The notes under the pieces are model-generated. The model ran no database searches and was not told the origin of the DNA. It saw nothing but the letters and a program-made list of their open reading frames with translations. From an uncultured delta proteobacterium (GTDB lineage Bacteria; Myxococcota_A; Polyangia; Fen-1088): a stretch of 64,000 nt of DNA. The position numbers and the translations under genes are program-made. Below are positions 29,646 through 38,493 of the stretch, one piece after another. The stretch covers positions 160,001 through 224,000 of the forward strand of contig CAVWIP010000006.1 of NCBI GenBank assembly GCA_963755125.1, in the 5' to 3' direction. Within the stretch, counting starts at the first letter, position 1. Every line of letters starts with the position of its first letter.

Positions 29646-31274
29646 CTACCGGCCTTGCTTGGCGCGCACCAGTTGCAACTGGCGGGCGATGCGGGGGTTG
29701 CCGGGATCGCGCGCCAGGGCCTTGCTCAGCAGACGCTCAGCGTCATCCAAATTTCCGCGCTTGAATGCGATGGCGCCCAGCAGGGCGTCGGCCTCGGGAT
29801 TTCCCAGGGCAGCGGCGCGCCGGGCCTCGCTTTGCGCGCGATCCAGGTTGCCCTCGTCGAACGCCGCCTGCGCCCGTTCGAGCAGGGCGGTTCGTTCAGA
29901 CAGGGACGCTTCGGGACGGAACGAATGAATCGCCGCATCGCCTGCCGGGGCCGCGGGGTGAGATTGCGCAAAACTTCCCGAAGGAGCCGCGGCAACTGGT
30001 GGCGGCTCGACTGCAGGAGCAGCTTCTGGTGTTGCGACCGCAGGCGAAGGCGCGGGCACGAGGGCCTCCACCGGCTCAGGCGCATTCGTGGCCCGGCGCA
30101 GGTGCAGAAAGTCGTAGACCAGAAAGCCTGCGACCAGGAGCGCGCCCAGGATTGCCAGCACGACCACGTGCCAGCCGCGCCCCGCGGCCTGCGGCGCCCG
30201 GCGGCCCTCGCGCGTGCCCGGTAAGACCACCGCGCTGGCCATCAACGCCGGCGCGGGTTGCAAAGCGTCGGCCGGCGCAGGTTCAGCGCGCAGGATTCGC
30301 TGCGCCGCCGCGACCAGTTCGGCGCGCTCGGCGCGCTCGGCCTTGCCATCGAACGATCCCTGCACAAGCTCGGCCAGGATCGCGTCGCCCGAGGGAACCA
30401 CCGACGCAAACGGCGCCAGCGCGGCTGCCAGATCCGCGGCGTTGGCAAACCGGCTCGCGCGGTGTTTGACCAGGGCGCGTGTCACCACCGCGTCCAGCGC
30501 GACCGGCACCGCCGGGTTGAGGCGCGAGGGCGGGGGCGGGTGCCGCTTGAGGATGTCTTCCAGCAATTTCTCCTTGTCGGCGCTGGGCGGGATCACGCGC
30601 CCGCCGTCGACCGTGGTGCCCACCGGGTGGCCGGTGAGCATGGTCCACAGCACCAGGCCCAGGGTGTAGATGTCGGTGCGGCGATCGAGGGTGCGGTTCT
30701 GCGCCTGCTCGGGCGACATGAAGGCCAGCTTGCCCCAGCTCTGGCCCGGCACGGTCAGGCCGGCAGCCAGTTCGGATCGCGCGATGCCGAAGTCGAGCAG
30801 CTTGACCTCGCCCGCGTAGGTGACGCGAATGTTTCCGGGCGTGACGTCACGATGCACGAGTTCCAGGGACTCGAAATCGTGCGCATAGGCCAGCGCGCGC
30901 GCCACTTCGCACGCCACCTGCACGGCCGCGGCCACCGGTATCGGCCGGCGCTCGGCGGCCGCGCGGTCGAGAAGTTCTTGCAGATCGTGGCCGTCGACGA
31001 ATTCCTGCGCGATGAAAGGCTCGCCATCGATTTCGCCGACGGCGTGGGTCTGCGCGATGTTGCCGTGAACCAGCCGGCGCGCGATGTCGGCTTCGTGGCG
31101 GAAACGTCGCACCAGGTCCGGATCGCTGCGCCGCTCCCGCAGGATGCGTTTGATCACGCAAAGGGTTTCCAGACCGGGCGGGCCGGACATGGCCAGGAAG
31201 ACCTCGCCCATGCCGCCCTCGCTGAGCGAGCGAAGCAAGACATACGGCCCGAAGCGCACCGGAAATTCGTTCAC
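29646..31274 (-). CDS. Membrane Ser/Thr kinase with C-terminal TPR
   Basis: EGGMG, CVIKR, HRDVTPGN, DFG, MSPEQ, TM helix, TPR-like C-terminus. Confidence 0.93.
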   Translation of the reverse strand: MNEFPVRFGPYVLLRSLSEGGMGEVFLAMSGPPGLETLCVIKRILRERRSDPDLVRRFRHEADIARRLVHGNIAQTHAVGEIDGEPFIAQEFVDGHDLQELLDRAAAERRPIPVAAAVQVACEVARALAYAHDFESLELVHRDVTPGNIRVTYAGEVKLLDFGIARSELAAGLTVPGQSWGKLAFMSPEQAQNRTLDRRTDIYTLGLVLWTMLTGHPVGTTVDGGRVIPPSADKEKLLEDILKRHPPPPSRLNPAVPVALDAVVTRALVKHRASRFANAADLAAALAPFASVVPSGDAILAELVQGSFDGKAERAERAELVAAAQRILRAEPAPADALQPAPALMASAVVLPGTREGRRAPQAAGRGWHVVVLAILGALLVAGFLVYDFLHLRRATNAPEPVEALVPAPSPAVATPEAAPAVEPPPVAAAPSGSFAQSHPAAPAGDAAIHSFRPEASLSERTALLERAQAAFDEGNLDRAQSEARRAAALGNPEADALLGAIAFKRGNLDDAERLLSKALARDPGNPRIARQLQLVRAKQGR

Positions 31275-31315
31275 CAAGGGAACCCTAGCGCAACTGGGGC
31301 GCGGGCGGAATTTGT

Positions 31316-34183
31316 CTACCACTCACCGCAGGCCACCGTCGCCGCGCTCTCGATGGCGATGGCCGCGACCGCGGCGGCGTAGTCGAGGTCGATGTTCTTC
31401 ATGGTGTCGTCGGTGTCGTGGTACCCGGTGCGGTTGATGTCGTAGTTCTCCATGAAAAGCACCACCGGAATGCCGAGATCCGAGAAGATCTGCCCGTCGG
31501 TGTTGTACAGCGATGAGCGCGGTTCCCATTCCACCCGCACCTCGCCGTTCACCGGCAGGTGCGCGAAGGGCGGCGGCACTTTCTTCCCGTCGGGCATGCG
31601 TTGCGCGCGGCCCAGGCCCCGTCGATCCGGCGCTGCTTCCCGCGCCTTGTGGTTCCAGCGCTGATTGGCCAGGTGGGCAGCCAGCGCCAGCCGCGCCGAG
31701 CCCACGCCCTCGCCCGAAGCGATCTGGAACACGTCCAGGTCGTGGTGGTTGTTGTGCCCGATCATGTCCAGGATGAAGGCGCCGACCACGCGCACCGCGG
31801 AGGCGTCCCACGTGCTGCCGTCCTCCGCGGTCAGGTGCAGGCTCTTTTCCACCAGCGCCTGACCCAGGGCGCGCGCACCCAGGCAATCCGACGGGAACTC
31901 CTCGCCGGTCAGGTGTACCAGCCAGATGTCGCGTTCCAGCCGGCCGTCGCGCGCGAGCGGCAAGAAGACCTCGGCGGCGGCCAGCAGGGTCGCGGTCGCG
32001 GAATGGTTGTCGTCGGCCCCGGCTGCTGCGGCCCGCAGGCCGTCCCCGCCGCGCGCTTTCTCGTAGACATCCTCCATGTAGGCCGTGTCGTAGTGGTCCG
32101 CCATGATCGCGGCCTGGCCGCGATCTTTGCCAGGAACGACGACCACGATGTTGCGCTCCTGCGCCTGTCCCTTCTGGTTCTTCTCCCACGCTTCTGACCA
32201 CGACAGGTCGCACTCGCTGCGCCAGGTGAAGCAATGATCGAACACCTGGGCGCGGCCCTGCATGCCGTGGCGCTGGATGGCCTGGCGATAGCGATGGTGC
32301 AGGTGCTGGCCCAGCCGATCGAGATCGCGACGTGCGCCGGCCTCGACCTGGGCCGCGCGAGCGGCCGGTCCGCCGGTCTTTCCCTCATTGATCACCACCC
32401 GGTCGGCGGTTTCCTTGTGGCGATATTCTCCCTCGGCCAGGGCCGAGATGGTCCGCCACAGCGTCTCCTCGAAGCTGCGAGTTCCGGTCTGCTCCAGGGT
32501 CAGCGCCGGGCTCAGCGGCGCGTCCGGTGCAATGTGTGAGCGCAGATCGGCGACCAAGCGGGCTGCGGCCTCTCGATCGCTCGCCATTTGCGGCAGCTTG
32601 TCCAGCCACGCGTCCAGGGTGGTTTCCTTCGCGATCCGCAGCAGCGCGCGGGCGAACGACCTGCGCAAGGGAGTCGCGAGGTACTCGCGAAAATCGAGCA
32701 GCTTGCGCAGGTTTTGCGCTGTGGTGTGGCGAAGCTGGCCAGGATCGCGCGCGAACAGGGTTGCTGCCTGGCGATGGCCGGGACGATCGAGCAGGTTGGC
32801 CGCGAGCACAAGCGGGGCCTCGCCACTGGGCGCGGTCGCTTCGGCAGTGATGCTGCCCAGCCGAAGCGTGTCTTCATAGAATTCCGGCCTGCCGCTGCCA
32901 TGATTGAGACGCGCCAGCAACGGCACGTGCCAGAACAGCTCGCGGGTGCCCGCGCGCATCGGCGGATAGTAGAGCCGGTAGCCGAAGCGACCGCCGCGGT
33001 CGAGCATCTCGGAGGCGTGATCCCGCTCGGCCTTGCTCGCGCGGGGACCGTCGAGCAGGAGCTGATAGTCGTGGGTCCAGATCTGCGAGTTCCGCGCCAT
33101 GGGCTTGCCGTACAGGCCAAGATCGTCCGGGTTGGTGGAGAAGAGCACGACCGTGACCTCGTCGGTGAACGCGCCGTCGCCGACCAGGGGTTGGTCGCGC
33201 GGCGTACGCTGCCATCGGTGCGTGCGCGTGATGTGGTGGGCGATGCGATGGGATCCCGCGGGCCGCGCCTGGCTGGGATCGTGCTCGTCGAGCCAGCCCG
33301 ACTGGGGAATGCGAAGCGTGTAGCCCTCTTGCACATGCGAGAAAAGGTGCAGCAGCGGGATCTGCGTGGCGCGCGGCAGAGCGCTGGCCAGCTTGCGACA
33401 CAAGGGATGCGAGGAAGAGACGTGGCTGGCGGGCGTGGGCAGGATGTGTAGCGTCCCGTCGAGAAAGGCTTTCCGCAACGAATCGGGCAGCGCAGCGAAT
33501 GGTTCCAGGGTGAAGAGGGTATGGATGCGGCCGGCAGGCTCGTGCTCGCGCCAGAGCAGCGCGCGGGCGAACCCGGGCAACTCGGCCGCCGCGCCGAGCA
33601 CGCGCAAGCCGTCGCGCGGGGGCGGCCGGTCGCCGCTGGCCCATGCGATGAGGCGCAGGAAACGGTCTTCGTCGGTGTCGGCGAAGCCGCGCCAGAAGAC
33701 CACCGAGGCTGGCTCGTGGCTGGCGCCGAACAGGGTCCACAGGACGTTGCCCTTGTCGTCCTGGGTGAGCGACAGAGCCAGGGTCTGCATCACGAAGAAG
33801 GGGCGCCTCGGGTAGTGGCCCTCGCGGGCCGCGGCCACCAGCGCTTCTGGCCAGGCCGGGTTGCCGTCGAGCAGAGTGCGCGAAAATTCGTGGGTTGCGC
33901 CCGAAGCCAGCTTGGCCAGCTCGTCGACCAGATGGTTCGCGATCTTGATCAGGCCGGGACGAAGCTCGTGCTCCTGCTCGTACTCGTCGATGGCCAGGCC
34001 GCGCTCGTCGCACACGATGGTGCTGCCCGGGGCGCTGGCTGGATCCGATGCGGTGAAGGGCTTGATACCCACGAACGGGGGCGGCATGAACTCCGAATAG
34101 GCAGGTACCGGGAAACGCCCCTGGCCGAGAAAGGCTTGTCTCGCTTCGCTTTCGATCCGGGACCACGCTGCCTTGTCCTGCAT
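31316..34183 (-). CDS. M28-family peptidase with a large uncharacterised N-terminal region
   Basis: C-terminal DHYDT, GADDN.SA, GEEF, LDMIG, YHD motifs; no signal peptide. Confidence 0.85.
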   Translation of the reverse strand: MQDKAAWSRIESEARQAFLGQGRFPVPAYSEFMPPPFVGIKPFTASDPASAPGSTIVCDERGLAIDEYEQEHELRPGLIKIANHLVDELAKLASGATHEFSRTLLDGNPAWPEALVAAAREGHYPRRPFFVMQTLALSLTQDDKGNVLWTLFGASHEPASVVFWRGFADTDEDRFLRLIAWASGDRPPPRDGLRVLGAAAELPGFARALLWREHEPAGRIHTLFTLEPFAALPDSLRKAFLDGTLHILPTPASHVSSSHPLCRKLASALPRATQIPLLHLFSHVQEGYTLRIPQSGWLDEHDPSQARPAGSHRIAHHITRTHRWQRTPRDQPLVGDGAFTDEVTVVLFSTNPDDLGLYGKPMARNSQIWTHDYQLLLDGPRASKAERDHASEMLDRGGRFGYRLYYPPMRAGTRELFWHVPLLARLNHGSGRPEFYEDTLRLGSITAEATAPSGEAPLVLAANLLDRPGHRQAATLFARDPGQLRHTTAQNLRKLLDFREYLATPLRRSFARALLRIAKETTLDAWLDKLPQMASDREAAARLVADLRSHIAPDAPLSPALTLEQTGTRSFEETLWRTISALAEGEYRHKETADRVVINEGKTGGPAARAAQVEAGARRDLDRLGQHLHHRYRQAIQRHGMQGRAQVFDHCFTWRSECDLSWSEAWEKNQKGQAQERNIVVVVPGKDRGQAAIMADHYDTAYMEDVYEKARGGDGLRAAAAGADDNHSATATLLAAAEVFLPLARDGRLERDIWLVHLTGEEFPSDCLGARALGQALVEKSLHLTAEDGSTWDASAVRVVGAFILDMIGHNNHHDLDVFQIASGEGVGSARLALAAHLANQRWNHKAREAAPDRRGLGRAQRMPDGKKVPPPFAHLPVNGEVRVEWEPRSSLYNTDGQIFSDLGIPVVLFMENYDINRTGYHDTDDTMKNIDLDYAAAVAAIAIESAATVACGEW

Positions 34184-34230
34184 GCCGCTTAGGGTAGTGC
34201 CGATGGCCCTCTTCCGCTAGCATGCGCGCC

Positions 34231-34821
34231 ATGTCCGCTGCTCTGTACGACGTCGAATATCGGGACGGCCCGGCCCTGCTGCGAGCCTTCGAGCCGACCC
34301 CGGACGAGGTGCGCGCCGTCGCGGCCCAGCTTTCCAGCTACTACAACGACGAGCACAACCGGGCCATGCTGACCCACGAGGACGACATGTCCGCCGAGGA
34401 AGTGGTGGCCCACTACAGCGAGTCGCGCGCGGCGGGGGATCGCCTGTTCCTGCTCGAGCAGGACGGCATGCTGGTGGGCGACGCGGACTTCCGGCAGTTC
34501 GACGCGGAGTCAGCCGAGTTCGCCATCCTGATCGGCGCGCGCAACTTGCAGGGCAGGGGGCTCGGCCGCAAGTTCACCACCGTGCTGCACGCATGGGCCT
34601 TGCGCGGCCTGGGCCTGGTGCGCGTGTACGTGACCATCCTGCCCGCGAACCGTCCCTCGCTGCGTTTGTTCGAGCAACTTGGCTACGGGCCAGACAGCAG
34701 CCCCCGGGCGCGCAGTCTGATCGACGAGGAGAGCGACGTGACCCTGTCGGTGGAACGCGCGGCCTTTGAAAGGCAGCACGGCGCGATGATGGACGAGGTG
34801 CGCTTCTCGTTGCGGAAGTGA
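34231..34821 (+). CDS. GNAT N-acetyltransferase (RimJ/RimL-like)
   Basis: QGRGLG acetyl-CoA motif, AEFAILIG, N..SLRLFEQLGY. Confidence 0.88.
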   Translation: MSAALYDVEYRDGPALLRAFEPTPDEVRAVAAQLSSYYNDEHNRAMLTHEDDMSAEEVVAHYSESRAAGDRLFLLEQDGMLVGDADFRQFDAESAEFAILIGARNLQGRGLGRKFTTVLHAWALRGLGLVRVYVTILPANRPSLRLFEQLGYGPDSSPRARSLIDEESDVTLSVERAAFERQHGAMMDEVRFSLRK

Positions 34822-34830
34822 TGGATAGTT

Positions 34831-35727
34831 CTACTTGCGCAGGCTGGACAGGGCAGGGAACGATGTCAGCGTCTGGACGACGATGGCGGGTGGGATCTCG
34901 CCGTGGCCGCGCATGCGCGCGATCCATTCCACCGCCGGTCCCGAGGCCGGCGGCGTGACCACGGTGCCGCGCAGCCGGCCTTCGCGCACCAGGCGCTGTC
35001 CTAGGGTCGGCGTACCGTCGCAGCCGATGATGGGGGTCTTGTCGAGCGGCAGGTTCAATCGGACCGCGGCATCGCGCGCGGCCTGGCGCAGACCGAGAGC
35101 CATCTCGTCATTCTGCGCGACAAAGACACCGGGCACTTCTGTGTCTTTGCTCATCTTCTTCAGCCAGCGCTCGAGCGCCAGGCGCGCACCTTCGCTGGTC
35201 CAGTCGGCATTCAGGGTCACCAGACGGTAGGGCTCCACCATGGCGGACTTCAGGCCGTCGAGCCTGTGCTGCGCCGACGATGCGCCGAGCGGCCCAGTCA
35301 CGCACAGCACGCAGCCGCCATGGGGCATGAGCGCGCGGACCTGCTGGCCGTGGATGCGACCGATCTCGGCCTGTTCGGGCGTCACGGCGAAGATGGCCCG
35401 GCTGGTGAATTGCTGGCGCAGCTCTTCAATGAAACTCGCTTCACGGTTGAGCAGCACCCACTCCACACCGGCCTCGGCGGCAGCGCGTACCGTCGGAGGC
35501 AGGTTGTCATCGCGAACCGGAGCCACCAGCACAGCCACCAGATTCCCGGCGTGCGCTTTCTCGATGGCGGCGGTGATCTGCGTCGCCTGTCGCCCGGCAT
35601 CGTCCTGCGCTGACTCCACCTCGACGGTGAACCCCGCGCGCTTGCCCTGGCGCAGGGCCTCTTCCTTGAGTTGCAACTGGTAGTCGTTTTCGGTGGTGCG
35701 GAGGAACAACTTGATACTGCCGACCAT
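34831..35727 (-). CDS. Type I periplasmic-binding-fold (sugar-binding-like) protein without signal peptide
   Basis: NDY, VLLNR, R..G, ADWT, AQNDEMALG, IIGCDG. Confidence 0.8.
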   Translation of the reverse strand: MVGSIKLFLRTTENDYQLQLKEEALRQGKRAGFTVEVESAQDDAGRQATQITAAIEKAHAGNLVAVLVAPVRDDNLPPTVRAAAEAGVEWVLLNREASFIEELRQQFTSRAIFAVTPEQAEIGRIHGQQVRALMPHGGCVLCVTGPLGASSAQHRLDGLKSAMVEPYRLVTLNADWTSEGARLALERWLKKMSKDTEVPGVFVAQNDEMALGLRQAARDAAVRLNLPLDKTPIIGCDGTPTLGQRLVREGRLRGTVVTPPASGPAVEWIARMRGHGEIPPAIVVQTLTSFPALSSLRK

Positions 35728-35798
35728 GGCTGCGATTGTCGCACGAATCGGGCGGAATTGCGGCGACAACCGTGGGTTGCCTCGCCCTGCGACGCGCC

Positions 35799-37328
35799 TC
35801 AGCGGTTTGCGCGGAATCCGGCGTATCGGAGGTGGCCGGACTCAAGGACCAGCAGATTCGTCACCGTACTGGGGATTTCGCCGGGATCGTGAGTGACGAA
35901 GATCATGCCGGCTCGCAGAGCAAGGGCGGTGGCCTCAATGGCGGCGAGCAGGCGCTCGCGTCCGGGCTGGTCCAGCCCCTGGCAGGGCTCGTCGAGAATC
36001 AGCAGCGAGGGACGATGCACGGCGGCCCTGGCCAGCAGGACCAGGCGGCGATGGCAAGCGGCCAGGGTGGCGAAGGGCCGATCGCGCACGCGGTCCAGGC
36101 CCAGCCGGTCGAGCCACTCGAAGGCAGCCGCATTCTGGTCATGGCTTGGCTCGCCGTAGACACCCAGCGAGCTGGCGAAGCCGGACAGCACGGCATCCAG
36201 CGAGCTGGCGTCAGGCGGATAGTGCGCCTCCAGTTCGGGCGACACCCAGCCCAGCAGCGCCTTGATGTCCCAGATGCCGCAGCCCGGACCCAGTTGCCGG
36301 CCGCCCACGCGAACGTGATTGGCGAAGGCTTGCGGGTTGTCGGCGAGGATCAGGCTGAGCAGCGTCGACTTGCCGCTGCCGTTCGGGCCCACCAGCGCCC
36401 AGTGCTCGCCGGGGTTGATGGTGAAGGTCACGCGATCCAGCAGTGTGCCCGCGCCCTGCCTGACCGTGACGTCGCGGAACTCGACGAGAGGAGGACCGTC
36501 GGTTGACGTCGCTCGGGCGCGGACAGTGGCCTTGCGCGGTTCGGCCACGGGTTGCTCCCGGCGCGGGCCGGCGTACACCATCCGGCGCTCCTGCACTTCG
36601 ATGATGTGGCTGATTCCTGCGGGCAGATCGTCGGCCCGCGCGGCGGCCAGCACGACGCCCGTTCCGTCGCTGTGCAGGGCATCGAGGATCTGCAAGAGCG
36701 CGCCCCGGCTGTGTGCGTCCAGGCTCGCGAATGGCTCGTCGACCAGAAGCAGCCTGGGATCCAGCATCAGGGCCCGCGCCAGCAGCAGGCGGTGCAACTC
36801 GCCGCTCGACAACGCCACCAGCGGCCGATCCAGCAGTGGCGTCAGCTCGAAGCGGTCCACCTCGCGCTGCCATGCGCGCTCGAAACGCTGCGCTCCCTGG
36901 CCATCCATCACCGCAAACGGATTGCGTTGCTCGACCTGACTGCGTTCGAGGTGCTCGCGCACGGAGGCGGTACCTGTGGTGAACGAGCCGTGCCAGCGTA
37001 GTTGATGAAACTCGCGCGCCTGGAGCAACTGGCGGTGCTGATTCATGGACGCCATCGCGATGCTACCCGGAGGCAGCACGCCGAAGATCGAATCGGCGAA
37101 GCGTGGATCGCCCTCCCAAAAGGGATGTCGCAGCCGACCCTCGACCAGGCTCAGCTTCCCTGCCAGAGCGGCCAGCAACAGTCCCTTGCCGCTGTCAGTT
37201 GGGCCGATGATCGCCCATCGCTCGCCCGGACAAAGGCACAAATCGCTGTGCGCAAACACCGGCCCATCTGGCCCGCGAAAGGTCGCGTTCTCGAGCACGA
37301 CATAGCAGGTCGCGGACGGGGCCGGCAT
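35799..37328 (-). CDS. ModF-like ABC ATPase with two nucleotide-binding domains
   Basis: NBD1 GPTDSGKG/LSSGE/LLVDEP; NBD2 GEHWALVGPNGSGKST/LILDEPCQGLD/FVTH; WDIK..LGWVSPEL. Confidence 0.85.
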   Translation of the reverse strand: MPAPSATCYVVLENATFRGPDGPVFAHSDLCLCPGERWAIIGPTDSGKGLLLAALAGKLSLVEGRLRHPFWEGDPRFADSIFGVLPPGSIAMASMNQHRQLLQAREFHQLRWHGSFTTGTASVREHLERSQVEQRNPFAVMDGQGAQRFERAWQREVDRFELTPLLDRPLVALSSGELHRLLLARALMLDPRLLLVDEPFASLDAHSRGALLQILDALHSDGTGVVLAAARADDLPAGISHIIEVQERRMVYAGPRREQPVAEPRKATVRARATSTDGPPLVEFRDVTVRQGAGTLLDRVTFTINPGEHWALVGPNGSGKSTLLSLILADNPQAFANHVRVGGRQLGPGCGIWDIKALLGWVSPELEAHYPPDASSLDAVLSGFASSLGVYGEPSHDQNAAAFEWLDRLGLDRVRDRPFATLAACHRRLVLLARAAVHRPSLLILDEPCQGLDQPGRERLLAAIEATALALRAGMIFVTHDPGEIPSTVTNLLVLESGHLRYAGFRANR

Positions 37329-37423
37329 CAGCGTGATTCATGCCACGCCGCTGGTCGAAAACCAGCGGCCAAGTAGGTCCACGTACGCAAGCGGGACTAC
37401 GACTCGCCACGCGCCACCGTCTG

Positions 37424-38182
37424 TCAGCGGTGCCCGCCACCGTGGCCACCGCCGAAACCACCGTGGCCACCGCCGAAACCACCGTGGCCACCGCCGAAGC
37501 CGCCATGGCCACCGCCGAAGCCGCCATGGAATCCGTTGCTGGCGTGATAACCGCCGCCCGCGCTGCCGTGGAAGCCGCCCCCGGCACCGCCACGGAATCC
37601 GCCGGCACCGCCACGGAATCCGCCGGCACCGCCGCGGAATCCGCCTGCAGCGCGATAGCCAGCCCCGACGTTGCCGCGATAGCCGCCTGCGCCGCCGCGA
37701 TATCCGCCGCGATATCCGCCCCAACCATACCCGCCCCGGTACAGACCGCGATACCAGCCGAAGCCTAGAGGACCGCGGACGCCAAAGTAGGGATAAGGCC
37801 CCCAGCCCCAAACCCATGGCGCCGCCAGCCACATCCATCCATAGCTGGGGTAGTACACATAAGAATACGGATAGGCGTCGGCAGCCGTGCCTTCGTAGGT
37901 GTACTGGTTCCCGTAGGGCATCCAGATCCAGCCATACTCACTGGTGTAGACCCACTGGCCACCTCCCACCGCCTGAGCGGAGCCTACCGGTTGTTGCATC
38001 TGCGGCTGCGCCTGGCCCTGAGCCTGGACCGGTGGTGCCGGCGGCTGCAGCGGCGGCGCAGGCGGCTGCATGTCAGGGGCCAGCGTGGCCGGCTGCACCG
38101 ACTGCGGCAGAGCCGCATCGGCTCGCGCGACGCCGAACCTGAGAAGCAGGAAACAAAGGCAGACACTCAACTTGGTCTTCAT
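37424..38182 (-). CDS. Exported protein with a Trp/Tyr-rich core and a Gly-rich low-complexity tail
   Basis: Signal peptide ending ARA, Pro/Gln linker, YGWIW and YGWMW motifs, GGFRGGA and GGFGGGH repeats. Confidence 0.8.
   Translation of the reverse strand: MKTKLSVCLCFLLLRFGVARADAALPQSVQPATLAPDMQPPAPPLQPPAPPVQAQGQAQPQMQQPVGSAQAVGGGQWVYTSEYGWIWMPYGNQYTYEGTAADAYPYSYVYYPSYGWMWLAAPWVWGWGPYPYFGVRGPLGFGWYRGLYRGGYGWGGYRGGYRGGAGGYRGNVGAGYRAAGGFRGGAGGFRGGAGGFRGGAGGGFHGSAGGGYHASNGFHGGFGGGHGGFGGGHGGFGGGHGGFGGGHGGGHR
37437..37645. repeat. Two in-frame 21-bp tandem arrays (GGFGGGH about x4; GGFRGGA x3)
   Basis: Units ccaccgtggccaccgccgaaa and ccggcaccgccacggaatccg. Confidence 0.85.
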
Positions 38183-38249
38183 GGCAGCACCTCAGTATTG
38201 AAGGACCGTGTGGCCACTTTCGCGAGAGGACATATCCAGCGAGAGGTGT

Positions 38250-38265
38250 TGCAACCCCCGTGCCG
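38250..38265 (-). promoter_or_regulatory. sigma54 (-24/-12) promoter
   Basis: Minus strand CGGCACG-GGGG-TTGCA matches TGGCACG-N4-TTGCW, about 70 bp upstream of the Gly-rich gene. Confidence 0.7.
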
Positions 38266-38493
38266 CGTCGGTGAGGCAGCCCACAGGCTTAGCGGAACGG
38301 CAAATGTGGGATTCTGCGCGCCTCGGTGGCAGTGGTTCCGGCTGGCTTTCGTGGCGGGGCCGGCCCACTGTGAAGGAACTTCACGGCCCTAGCCCGCCTT
38401 ATCTATCAGCTGCATCCAACCAGAGCTGCGAGGCGGGCTAGAGCGCTGCGTTTGCCCAACGCGAGCGCTCGAACAGCGATGGCTGCGATCGCG

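Noticed and set aside
28036..29928. 630-aa plus-strand ORF and similar long antisense ORFs (e.g. 14734-16299, 22212-23762, 5154-6350)
   Set aside because: They lie opposite well-supported genes and lack motifs, as expected from stop-codon scarcity in GC-rich DNA.
30820..30870. HRDVTP in place of HRDLKP as a sign of a pseudokinase
   Set aside because: HRDV(S/T)P variants are common in myxobacterial kinases; the Lys, HRD, Asn and DFG are retained.
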